Positions 49,049 through 58,631 of a stretch of 64,000 nucleotides of DNA are shown here, piece after piece. The notes under the pieces were generated by a model. That model made no database searches and had not been told where the DNA came from. It saw only the letters and a program-made list of their open reading frames with translations. Position 1 is the first letter of the stretch; the number at the start of each line of letters is the position of its first letter. This stretch comes from Promethearchaeota archaeon (GTDB taxonomy: Archaea > Asgardarchaeota > Lokiarchaeia > Sigyniarchaeales > SOKP01), in assembly GCA_029838195.1 (NCBI GenBank), contig JALGVJ010000019.1, positions 1-64,000 on the forward strand. The letters run 5' to 3'. A program made the position numbers and the translations under genes.

Positions 49049-51762
49049 GATTCATGCTAATCAAGAGAATTGAATTAAAAAATATATCCACTCATGAGAA
49101 TACTGCTATCGACTTTGAAGAAGGTTTAAATATATTATTAGGACAAAATGGAACAGGAAAATCCACGATATTAAAAATGATAGGGTATGTTTTATTTGAT
49201 TACTTACCCGGTACTCAAATGTCATATGTACGAGCTGGTCGTGGTAAAAAGATTACCCATGGGGTAATAAAATTATGGATTGTTGGATTGAATGATGATC
49301 TCTATGTAATCGAAAGAACGATTGGGAAATCGAACAATACGGTAGAAGTTCGAGATGGACGTTTCGGATTACCCATTTCAAAAATAAATGATAAATTGAG
49401 TCTCCTAACGTGGTTAAGAACTCAATTCTCGCTAAAAGGAACAATTGATTTATCCACGCTTTTTGAAACTTCTATTGGGATTCCCCAAGGAACTTTTTGT
49501 GAGCCTTTTTTGCGCACGCCAGCTCAGAGGAGAAAATTTTTTAATCCCATTCTCCAAGTGGACGTTTATCGAAAAGTGTGGGAAAAACTACGTGAACTAT
49601 TGAAAGAATTCTCAGGAGAAATTGAAAAAACTGAGATATACATAGATACGCTAAGTGAAGTACTCATTAAAAGAGAGGATTTACTTAATGAAAACAAAAA
49701 AATTGAGCAAGAATTAAAAGAAAATAAAAAAGTATTGGAGGAATGTGAAAAAGAATTAGATAAAGTTAGCCAAGAAACGGATCAGCTAAAAAAAATCAAG
49801 GAAGAACGGGATAAATTAATTTCTGAGACCTCCCGATTGCATGTGAAAAAAGAAAGCCTCTTGAATTCCATCGATGAACTTAAAGGGCAAATAGAAGAGG
49901 CACGAAAAGCTCGTAAAATTTGTGAAGATACTAAAAAAGATCATTTAAAATATATGGCTTTAATAGAAAAACAAGAAAAGCTTGAAAAAAGATTTGAAGA
50001 ATTAGAAGTGAAGAAGAATAGGTATCAAGAATTAAGAGAGCAAGTAACAAGAATAAATGGTATTTTTACAGAAAAGGAAAAAGAAAAAAAAACTATTGAG
50101 AATTCGAAGGAGAAATTCATTAAATTAGAAAAAATCAAAGAAAAGGAAGAAAAAATAAACTCGGAAATTGAAAACATACGAAGTGAGCTTACACTAATTT
50201 CTACTTCAGAAAAACAATTATCAGAATTGCGGGAAAAATATAGTGAATTAAGTAAAGAAATATATAAACATGAAGAATTAATCCTTAAAGAAAAAGAATG
50301 GAAAGAAAATCTGGAAAAATTAAAACAATTTGAAAGAGAGCTCGAAAATTTAACAAGAGAAAAAATACTTCTTGAAGCTAATTTAAATCAGGTAAAAGAA
50401 TATGAAAATATTTCAAAAAATAACACATGTCCTTTTCTTAATGAACCTTGTAAAAACATACGAAAGACTCCCTTAGAGACAATTTTTCAAGAAAAAGTGG
50501 TGAAAATTAATGAGAGCATGCGTTTCGTGGACCAAAAAATTGATTCGATTAATGAAGATATCAAGAAACTAGAACCCATTCGAGAACAACTAGAGGAGCT
50601 GAAAAATATTAAAATTAGATATACCGAGATTAAAACACGAAGAGAAGAAATTATTGAAAGAATAAATGCTCAAAAAGAAATTGTGGACGAGAAAAAGTCC
50701 TTTCAAGAAAAATTAAATTCTCTTGAATCACAAAAAAAAGATCTTGAAGAACAGCTAAAAGAATATCATGTTTTAAAAAATTTAATAGAACATGAATTAC
50801 CTGCTATAATAAAAACATTAAAAGCTCTTGAAAAAGAAAGAGAGCCAATGACTAAAGAATTAGCTTCCTTAGAAAATCAATTAAAAGATTTTCAAACCCT
50901 TTCTTCTGAATTAATTAAAATCAAAAAAGTTTTACAAAAAACCAGAAGTAGGCATGAATTATACCAAAAAAATGAACAACTAGCAGCGAAATTAATCGAA
51001 TTTGAAGAAAGTTTAAAAAATAAAGAAAAGGAACACGAGAAATTGAAAACCTTACTCCACAATAAAATCGCTTTAAAAGAAGAATTCGATGTAAAATTTA
51101 ACGAAGTTAAATTTAAACAATTACAGGATAAAAAAGAAGAACTAATTGAAAGGAAAAGTATTTTAAAAACTACAATCGATAATCTCAAAAAAAACCAATC
51201 TAAAATCGAAGTAGAATTAAAAGAGTTGAACGAGAAAGAAGCGGAATTAAAAGAGTTTGAAAAAATTAGGGAATGGTATGGCTTTTTGGAAAAATTAATT
51301 GGAGACATGCGTACTTGGTTTAATGAAGCAGGTCCAAAGATAACAAAAGCTCTATTAAACCAAATTAATAACATGGCTTCCCAGATTTATCGAGAGCTCA
51401 TGAATGATGATTCTTTGAAACTGATTTGGGAAGAAGATTTTAATATCCTAATAATTTCTCCTGAAAATGAAAAATCCTACAATCAACTATCTGGAGGAGA
51501 GCAAATGGCAACGGCGTTAGCAGTGAGATTGGCAATACTAAAAACATTAACAAATATAGATTTTGCTTTTTTTGATGAACCTACGACAAATTTAGATTCA
51601 GAGAAAAGAATTAATTTAGCTCAATGCATTCAAAATTTAAAAGGGTTTAAACAACTTTTTGTAATTTCTCATGATGATACTTTTGAAGAAATTGCTGATA
51701 ACGTAATTAAATTCACAAAAGATCAGAATGAGATAACACGAGTTCAATTTTTTACAAAATAA
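49045..51762 (+). CDS. rad50: Rad50/SbcC SMC-like ATPase
   Basis: GQNGTGKST, IPQG Q-loop, long coiled coil with CPFLNEPC hook, LSGGE, FFDEPTTNLD, VISH. Overlaps the mre11 stop. Confidence 0.95.
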   Translation: MRFMLIKRIELKNISTHENTAIDFEEGLNILLGQNGTGKSTILKMIGYVLFDYLPGTQMSYVRAGRGKKITHGVIKLWIVGLNDDLYVIERTIGKSNNTVEVRDGRFGLPISKINDKLSLLTWLRTQFSLKGTIDLSTLFETSIGIPQGTFCEPFLRTPAQRRKFFNPILQVDVYRKVWEKLRELLKEFSGEIEKTEIYIDTLSEVLIKREDLLNENKKIEQELKENKKVLEECEKELDKVSQETDQLKKIKEERDKLISETSRLHVKKESLLNSIDELKGQIEEARKARKICEDTKKDHLKYMALIEKQEKLEKRFEELEVKKNRYQELREQVTRINGIFTEKEKEKKTIENSKEKFIKLEKIKEKEEKINSEIENIRSELTLISTSEKQLSELREKYSELSKEIYKHEELILKEKEWKENLEKLKQFERELENLTREKILLEANLNQVKEYENISKNNTCPFLNEPCKNIRKTPLETIFQEKVVKINESMRFVDQKIDSINEDIKKLEPIREQLEELKNIKIRYTEIKTRREEIIERINAQKEIVDEKKSFQEKLNSLESQKKDLEEQLKEYHVLKNLIEHELPAIIKTLKALEKEREPMTKELASLENQLKDFQTLSSELIKIKKVLQKTRSRHELYQKNEQLAAKLIEFEESLKNKEKEHEKLKTLLHNKIALKEEFDVKFNEVKFKQLQDKKEELIERKSILKTTIDNLKKNQSKIEVELKELNEKEAELKEFEKIREWYGFLEKLIGDMRTWFNEAGPKITKALLNQINNMASQIYRELMNDDSLKLIWEEDFNILIISPENEKSYNQLSGGEQMATALAVRLAILKTLTNIDFAFFDEPTTNLDSEKRINLAQCIQNLKGFKQLFVISHDDTFEEIADNVIKFTKDQNEITRVQFFTK

Positions 51763-51946
51763 TGTATTTAGCTCTTAAGTGGAAACTAGCGAACAGACAC
51801 TTCGATTAAGGAAAATTTATCGAGTTATAAGGGAGAATGGAATAGCTATTTCAAAATCAGATTGTAAAGATATTAGAATAAAAAATGACGCAAATATAAG
51901 GTAATAGAACTAAAATAAAAAAAGATATAATTAGATGCTTAATGTC

Positions 51947-52150
51947 CTATAAATCTTTAGCTTTTACGGTTTTTCTATTATTTGCTTTCGCTCGCTCAAC
52001 CGCTTTATCTAATATTCCCATAATAATCTGGTTCAATTGCCCCCCATCAAGTAATGCGGAGCTGGTATTTAGCCCTTTAGATTTAATATAATCTCTAATT
52101 TTTGATTTTACATACAAGGGTTCTACACTTTGCTTTTTCTTTTTTGCCAT
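51947..52150 (-). CDS. Histone-fold protein (short, no alpha3; Lys-rich N-terminus)
   Basis: VKSKIRDYIK, ILDKAVERAKANNRKTVKAKDL (RxTxxxxD). Confidence 0.85.
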   Translation of the reverse strand: MAKKKKQSVEPLYVKSKIRDYIKSKGLNTSSALLDGGQLNQIIMGILDKAVERAKANNRKTVKAKDL

Positions 52151-52578
52151 GGTTTTTTCTCCTCTTTTAATTCTTCTTATGATTACTTTTTAAGAATTTA
52201 TTTTTTAGATTTTATTATTTTAATATTTGACGACTTTCTTATTTAAATGTTTACTATTTAACTATGATTAAACTGGAAAAATACCTTTTTGTTTAGTAAT
52301 ATTACAAATTTTTTTCAATGAAAAAGAAGCTTAACTATTAAAACTCTAAAGAACTCATTTGAAATGAATTTCCGAACCAAACATGTTTAAATTTTTCAAG
52401 TTTAGAACTTATATTTTGTTAAAACGAAAGCAAGAAGCTATAAATTAATTTATTCCTACCAATATAATTATAATTCAAGGTTAAGGGTAATAAATTTATA
52501 AAAAAAAAGGAGTTATTTGGTATTGCGCATGTAATTGAAGAGAACGATCAACATTCTCTATAATCGTTTCCCTCACGT

Positions 52579-52857
52579 TTATTTGGGTGGGGATAATACG
52601 ATTTCAATGCTGGAAACGTTGTTGTTTTGTCCATTCTCTCCTTCTAATTGTTCAGTAGAAAGCCTGATCTCCTTATATTCCGTTCCTTTTAGAAATCGGT
52701 TCCTTAATATTTCACACACATCAACAGCGTGTGAAATAGCACGTCCTCGAGCTTTTATCGTGCATTCTTCGCCCTTATTTAAAATCATCATTGTTGCCAT
52801 TACATAATTCATAGTAGGCCTTCTTCCAACAAAAACAGCGTTTTCATCTTTCGACAT
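52579..52857 (-). CDS. albA: Alba DNA/RNA-binding protein
   Basis: VFVGRRPTMNYV, IKARGRAISHAVDV, VSSIEIVL. Confidence 0.97.
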   Translation of the reverse strand: MSKDENAVFVGRRPTMNYVMATMMILNKGEECTIKARGRAISHAVDVCEILRNRFLKGTEYKEIRLSTEQLEGENGQNNNVSSIEIVLSPPK

Positions 52858-53168
52858 AGTATATTACCTCTTTATGGTTGTTTTTTTGATATATTTCAGT
52901 ATATTTTAATTATTTGCTTTTAATTCCCTATTTCTTATAGTTTTGCGAATTATTGTAGGAATGTTTTTTCAGTTGTTTTACTGGTTGTTACATGTATAAT
53001 ATAGTGTCATTATCTAAAATAATCTTAGATAAGACATGAATAAAAAATTTTCTGAATTTATTAAATTTTATTGTAATCAGATACAAATAAATGCAATCTA
53101 TTTATTTTTTTTTTTTTCCTTGATATAATCCATCTTATAATTAAAGGAAAAAATTTTAGTGATTAGAA

Positions 53169-53184
53169 GCGAACTTTAGTTCGC
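53169..53184. other. Short palindrome next to a T11 tract (terminator-like or operator)
   Basis: GCGAACT-TT-AGTTCGC followed by a T run on the + strand. Confidence 0.3.
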
Positions 53185-53332
53185 AAGGATTTTTTTTTTT
53201 CAAAAATCAAATAATCGAAAAATTGCAAGAAATGAAAAACGAAGTAAATTCCAACCAATCCATCTAATTATCTTGTAAAAAGAGGTCCAAATTCCAAAGA
53301 ACATGATAGAGAAGCAATTGGATGAGAAGCTA

Positions 53333-54271
53333 TTAGAAATCAAAATCATCTGTTTCACTTTCGGGCTCTTCTTCTCCGTGCTCCTTCTTTTCTTTTTTAT
53401 GCACGACATTTTCCACCTCTTCGCTCGTGATCGCTTGCGTATGCTCGATTTCTAAATATTCATGTTTCTGTTTCTCTTTTAAAGCTACGCTCTCCCCTCT
53501 TTTTATTACTAATTCTTTTTCTACTTCCTCCCCCTCGTCTTCCTCTTTTTTAATGAAATCCCATACTATACTGATAACTAAGAGCAATGATAAAATGACT
53601 AAGAGAGGTATTAATAGTCCCGAATCAGTTAAAAATATTTTTACGTAGCCAATATAAGGAATTCTGCCAACCACGATACCAATAACATTTTCTTCAGGAA
53701 CCCACGCTGGATCTGGATAATTATTATTATCTCCTTTAGTTAAAAACCACCATCTCTGACCATCATGATATTTATCAATAACGCGATGGACAATGGGATC
53801 ATTAGGTGCTCCCGGCCACAACCCTCTTGGATCATAAACGATTACATCACCCGTCATGTCCTCTACCGTTCCCGCTTTAATCTGGGAGGGGTCGTCCACG
53901 CCTCGCAAAAATAAAAGATCTCCCACATGTATATTCGGCTCCATGGAGCGCGAAACCACTACAACCATTGGTGTAGGCGTATTTAGGGTAATTTGCAAGA
54001 TAAAATAGATTAAATACGAACCTGTAAATGCAAATATGAGGAGGAACGCCGAAACAATGATTTTTTTCTTATTCTCACCTTTAAGAAGTTGAGTTCTTTT
54101 CGAATGTTTTCGGAACATCGTGTTATTTTTTGAATTCTTTACGATAAAAGACGTCATTCGTAATTTATGGTCTTTATATCTTGATAAAGATATAAATTTT
54201 CCGATAAGGAAATTTTTAAAAGAGAAATATTGTAGAAATATAAAAAATTTTATCAGTAGCACGGGGTTCAA
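53333..54271 (-). CDS. sec11: Signal peptidase I (Sec11/S26B)
   Basis: VVVSRSMEP, GDLL, IVHRV, TKGDNN..D, IPYIG. True start likely the Met of MTSFIVK. Confidence 0.93.
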   Translation of the reverse strand: MNPVLLIKFFIFLQYFSFKNFLIGKFISLSRYKDHKLRMTSFIVKNSKNNTMFRKHSKRTQLLKGENKKKIIVSAFLLIFAFTGSYLIYFILQITLNTPTPMVVVVSRSMEPNIHVGDLLFLRGVDDPSQIKAGTVEDMTGDVIVYDPRGLWPGAPNDPIVHRVIDKYHDGQRWWFLTKGDNNNYPDPAWVPEENVIGIVVGRIPYIGYVKIFLTDSGLLIPLLVILSLLLVISIVWDFIKKEEDEGEEVEKELVIKRGESVALKEKQKHEYLEIEHTQAITSEEVENVVHKKEKKEHGEEEPESETDDFDF

Positions 54272-54349
54272 TTAGTATATTCAAATTAAAGTTTTTTTAC
54301 ATCCGCCATCTAATAGAAATGAGAGTAAATTAAATCTTTAAGGAGCCCT

Positions 54350-55150
54350 TTATTTAAACAACATTAAAATGGCCAGAAAAATTAAAAATATCATTACAAA
54401 AACTTGGAGTTTCTTTCCGGAAATCTTATTAGATACGTGAGCACCCATAATTGATCCAATGATGCCACCAATGCTTAAAATAATTCCAAGAATGAAATTA
54501 ATTTGCCCATACATCATCTTGATTATAGCGTTAAATAAAGCAGTAAAAAACACGATTGCAGTAGATGTAGCTGTAGAAAAATGGATGGGATATCCAACGA
54601 TGATGTTTAAAGCGGGGGTATTAATAACTCCCCCACCAATTCCTAAAAAATTTGCAACAAATCCCGAAAGAATAAAAAATGGAATTCCTCGTTTTAAATC
54701 TCTTTTAAGATCGTTATTATTTTCTTGTTGGTATGAGTTCTCATCTAGTTTATTTTCACGTGATTTTTGGAAATAATCTTTTAAAATTAAATTAATAGCA
54801 ATGACGATTAATAACGAAGAAAATATTATTTTTAATACAATACTCTCTAACGGATAAAATGAAAAAATAACGCTACTGATAAAACTGCCCAATATTGAAA
54901 AAATTGAGAAAATCATAGCAATTTTAAGATTACAGCGTTTTTGTTTTAAAAAAATGATTAAAGCAACGGAAGAAGTTATTAAAATAATTAATATCGAAGT
55001 GTCTATTGCTTCTTGGATCGCAATATTGAAAAAAACCGTTAATACAGGAACATTTATCGTACCTCCCGACGTTCCCGTGAGACTTGCTAAAAATCCTGAA
55101 ATGATACCGAATAAAAATAAAATAATAATGAGCTGCGTTGTAAACTCCAT
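54350..55150 (-). CDS. TauE/SafE-family sulfite exporter
   Basis: GTSGG..VP, GIGGGVINTP, ATS; about 8 TM. Confidence 0.9.
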   Translation of the reverse strand: MEFTTQLIIILFLFGIISGFLASLTGTSGGTINVPVLTVFFNIAIQEAIDTSILIILITSSVALIIFLKQKRCNLKIAMIFSIFSILGSFISSVIFSFYPLESIVLKIIFSSLLIVIAINLILKDYFQKSRENKLDENSYQQENNNDLKRDLKRGIPFFILSGFVANFLGIGGGVINTPALNIIVGYPIHFSTATSTAIVFFTALFNAIIKMMYGQINFILGIILSIGGIIGSIMGAHVSNKISGKKLQVFVMIFLIFLAILMLFK

Positions 55151-55410
55151 TGTAATGAAAAACGAGTGAAAATCTTTAGATAATTTAGTAAAAACTTTCT
55201 AAGAAATAAAGTTAATGATTTAGAATGCTCACTTGCCCGATACGACTTCTTGGGATCTCATCCGTCGCTTTATTTTTTTATTCATTTTTGAAAGCTAAAA
55301 ATCCTTTATTAGAATTCAATCTTATAAAAAAATTGAATTGCCGTCATCCAATATTAAAACATTTCCCTCTAAATATTTTAATAATAATTTAGGTCACTAA
55401 ATTTGAAGAA

Positions 55411-56577
55411 CTAAATGAAACCTCTTTTTGTTAGCTTATTTTTCGAAATCTCATTATTACCTTTTTTTCTACTCTTTTTGAAATAATAGGAAATTACTAT
55501 TAATGAAAAAATTCCTGCTAAAAAGCACATTAGAAGGAGTAAAGTCCCATGATATGGGATATAATATGGAAATTTCCAAGGTTTATATCCTTGATAACTT
55601 TTATTCAAGGGATATAAATAATTATTATAAAGAAATTGCTCCACCGTTTTTCCCGTAATTTCAAGACTCTTCTTGGAGATCGAAGTCAAATCATCCCTAG
55701 TTGTATGATGATAAGGCCAATCCGGATTATTCCAGAAATTTATGATAAGATCCACGGAGGGAATGCCCAATTCCAGGAAAGAATCGTGATCATCTATAAC
55801 TGAAGCAGAATTGGGATTTTCAGGAAAAACATCCGTAAAATCTAAACCTCGACCAATTTCAAAAATCTCTTCTAATAATGAAGGAGTAGATTTTTGTTCT
55901 TTAATAAATTGAAGATTAATCCCCCCGACCATGTCTAACAAAATCAAGCAATCAAAATATTCATGCTCGGGATTATGATACGCGTCAATATGTTCCGCAA
56001 AAATTTTAGATCCTTCGCACCAATCCCAACCCTCTATTCCAGGACTAACATCATATCCTTGATCTTCCGCATCAAAAAAAAGAAACCAAACTTGACATTC
56101 TAAATTTTTCTCCTTAATTTGCAATACTCGGGCTAATTCGAGCAAAACAGCACATCCGCTAGCGCCATCATTAGCTCCAGGTACAGGGGTTTTCTTGGCA
56201 AAATCATCCTTGGTAGCTCTTGCCCGTGTATCAAAGTGAGTGGCTAAAATCACGATATTTGGCTTTTGGGGATTCAATTTAAAGAGTAAGTTTCTACACG
56301 AGACATTATTAATAATAAATTCTTGGAAAATCGGATAATAATCGTCATCAATCTTATCAAATTCCCTAATAAAATAATTTAAACAACTCTTGGATTCTTT
56401 AGAACCGGGAATTCTCGGCCCCAGTTCAACCTGCCTTCTAACATGAACAAGAGCCTTTTGTCCCTCAAAAAGTAACTCTGCATCCACGTTTTGAACCAAA
56501 TCATGAGAAAAATTTATTGAATTGATGAACATAAAAATGATTAATAAATACGTGGATTTCTTTCGAAACCGTAGCAT
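55411..56577 (-). CDS. M28-family peptidase (glutaminyl-cyclase-like), secreted and C-terminally anchored
   Basis: GPRIPGS, HFDTR, GANDGASG, FFDAED, LLDMVG, DDH, HHTTRD; signal peptide and C-terminal TM. Confidence 0.88.
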   Translation of the reverse strand: MLRFRKKSTYLLIIFMFINSINFSHDLVQNVDAELLFEGQKALVHVRRQVELGPRIPGSKESKSCLNYFIREFDKIDDDYYPIFQEFIINNVSCRNLLFKLNPQKPNIVILATHFDTRARATKDDFAKKTPVPGANDGASGCAVLLELARVLQIKEKNLECQVWFLFFDAEDQGYDVSPGIEGWDWCEGSKIFAEHIDAYHNPEHEYFDCLILLDMVGGINLQFIKEQKSTPSLLEEIFEIGRGLDFTDVFPENPNSASVIDDHDSFLELGIPSVDLIINFWNNPDWPYHHTTRDDLTSISKKSLEITGKTVEQFLYNNYLYPLNKSYQGYKPWKFPYYIPYHGTLLLLMCFLAGIFSLIVISYYFKKSRKKGNNEISKNKLTKRGFI

Positions 56578-56807
56578 TCTACACTCTAAAATGAAATATT
56601 TTCGTATAAAATTTGGGATTTTTAAAAACGCCTGTCAAAATAATCGTTCAATGATTAAAAGAAGCGAATTTATAAAAAAAAGGTAGAAAAATGATTTTAA
56701 GAATCCATCTGGCTCAAGGGTAAAGATAGGATTTATTTTTTGAAAGTAAAAATTTTTTTTATGTTAAATTCTTAAAATAGGTATCAATTAGGAAAATTTA
56801 TGGCACT

Positions 56808-58046
56808 TTGACTAAAAAAATGAGAAAGAAATTTACTCTAAAATTCAAGGATGATTACGGTCTCAATTCTTTGTGGATTGGATTATTTGTAGATATTCTA
56901 GGTTTCTATATCGTAATTCCTTTCTTACCAACATTTATAGAAGTTTTTAATACAACTCCTTTTGTTATTGGACTTCTATTAGCAACCAATGCCGTTTTCA
57001 CGTTATTTTTTGCTCCTATTTGGGGACGACTCAGTGATAAAGTCGGAAGAAAACCTATATTAATCATTTCCCAGACGGGAACATTTACTGCATTCCTACT
57101 CTTAGCCTTTTCCAATTCTGTTTTCATGCTTTTCCTTGCCCGAATGGTGGATGGCATCTTTGGAGGCAATTTCCCAATGGTTAAAGCAATCATCTCAGAT
57201 AAAGTGCCTCCGAAAGAGAGAGGATTACAAATGACTAATATTGGTGTTTGTCACGTTCTTGCGGGATTGGTTGGACCTGGAGTAGGAGGTTTTTTATCTG
57301 TTTTACGATTATTGGGACCTGAATATCCCGTCTTTACCGTAGGGATGGGATCTGCGGGTCTTTCTTTAATTACTATTTTCATTACTATTTTCTTTGTTGA
57401 AGAATCATGGCCAAGAGAAAGAAGAATAAAATTCATGAAAAAAGAAAAAGTAAATTTAAAACTTCGAACAAACGAAGATGCCATGTACTTGTTAACACAA
57501 TACAGCTTTCACACTTTTTCATTTACAATTTATATATCCACATTAACCATTTATCTTGGTATCGTGTTAAATTTAGACGTCATAGGAATTAGCATCTTAT
57601 TGACAATTTCGGGAATTTCTCGTACCATTGTAAGATTCACGTTATTCAAACCCACGTTGCGAGTAATGGGTGAAAAAAATATGACAAGAATGGGCTTATT
57701 AGTAGTATTCATAACTTTTTTCCTAATAGGTTTTGTACATGATATACTTGGATTTACCATATTAATGCTACTCGTGAGCTATGGAATCTCGTGTTCTCGT
57801 GGATTATTAATAAGTAAAATCACCCAAACAGTTTCTCCCAAAGAAATGGGAAAAATTAATGGATATACAACCACCTTGGACAGTTTAGCTCAAATTTTTG
57901 GCCCTATTATTGGAAGTTTTATTTTAACAGTGTCCGAACCATATTGGTGGGGCGTTTTAATGGGCGTCTTGGCATTAATTGCTTTTCTAATGGTTTTCAA
58001 GAAAATCACGCCATATCATACTAAAGTTGAATTAAACGAGGAATAA
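56808..58046 (+). CDS. MFS transporter, DHA1/TetA-like
   Basis: GRLSDKVGRKP, LARMVDGIFGGN, GPGVGG, GPIIG. Confidence 0.9.
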   Translation: MTKKMRKKFTLKFKDDYGLNSLWIGLFVDILGFYIVIPFLPTFIEVFNTTPFVIGLLLATNAVFTLFFAPIWGRLSDKVGRKPILIISQTGTFTAFLLLAFSNSVFMLFLARMVDGIFGGNFPMVKAIISDKVPPKERGLQMTNIGVCHVLAGLVGPGVGGFLSVLRLLGPEYPVFTVGMGSAGLSLITIFITIFFVEESWPRERRIKFMKKEKVNLKLRTNEDAMYLLTQYSFHTFSFTIYISTLTIYLGIVLNLDVIGISILLTISGISRTIVRFTLFKPTLRVMGEKNMTRMGLLVVFITFFLIGFVHDILGFTILMLLVSYGISCSRGLLISKITQTVSPKEMGKINGYTTTLDSLAQIFGPIIGSFILTVSEPYWWGVLMGVLALIAFLMVFKKITPYHTKVELNEE

Positions 58047-58193
58047 CTAGCATTTCCTCCTTAAAGAAACGTGATTTAATTTTTAGTTAGAATGAGAAAA
58101 TTATAAATCCAAATTTATAGTTAGAGTTTTTTCAAAAATGTTTTCTTTTTATTTTATGCGATAATAAAATTAAGTACAAAAATAAAAAAAAGA

Positions 58194-58616
58194 TTATTTG
58201 GGCTCAAATCCAAGGTCTATTTTAGTCTCTCCTTTAATTGTACTTTCTAAAAATTTAACTTTTACGGGCATTCCAATTTCAATGGTGTCTGGTTTCGATT
58301 CATCGACTCCAACTAGTTGAGCAGAAACCATCGGTCCTTCCTTGAGCTTAATGACAGAGAAACAATAGGGATGATTCCTATCATATCCCTTCTCAATAAA
58401 ATAGGGTGTTCCCACAGTAATACTGGTAAAAGCCGCTAATTCTCCCTCTCCCGACATTTCTACCCATTCCATGTTAGCAGAATTGCATTTAATGCAGAGC
58501 TTTCGCACGGGGACATATAGCTCACCGCAAGTTTTACAGCGGGTGCCCATCAATTTTTTGTTCTGGAGAAATTCCAAATAGTTTTGGATGGTAAAATCTT
58601 TATCTGTTTCTGACAT
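58194..58616 (-). CDS. DUF35 Zn-ribbon/OB-fold protein (thiolase partner)
   Basis: CKTCG...P.R..C.KC, GEL..FT, IGMPVKV. Confidence 0.92.
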   Translation of the reverse strand: MSETDKDFTIQNYLEFLQNKKLMGTRCKTCGELYVPVRKLCIKCNSANMEWVEMSGEGELAAFTSITVGTPYFIEKGYDRNHPYCFSVIKLKEGPMVSAQLVGVDESKPDTIEIGMPVKVKFLESTIKGETKIDLGFEPK

Positions 58617-58631
58617 TATTAAAAATCACCT

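Noticed and set aside
51779-51904. 41-codon ORF after rad50 as a fourth operon member
   Set aside because: No motif or clear ribosome-binding site; cannot be supported.
55229-55285. 18-aa ORF or small stem-loop upstream of tauE
   Set aside because: Too short; no recognisable riboswitch or peptide motif.
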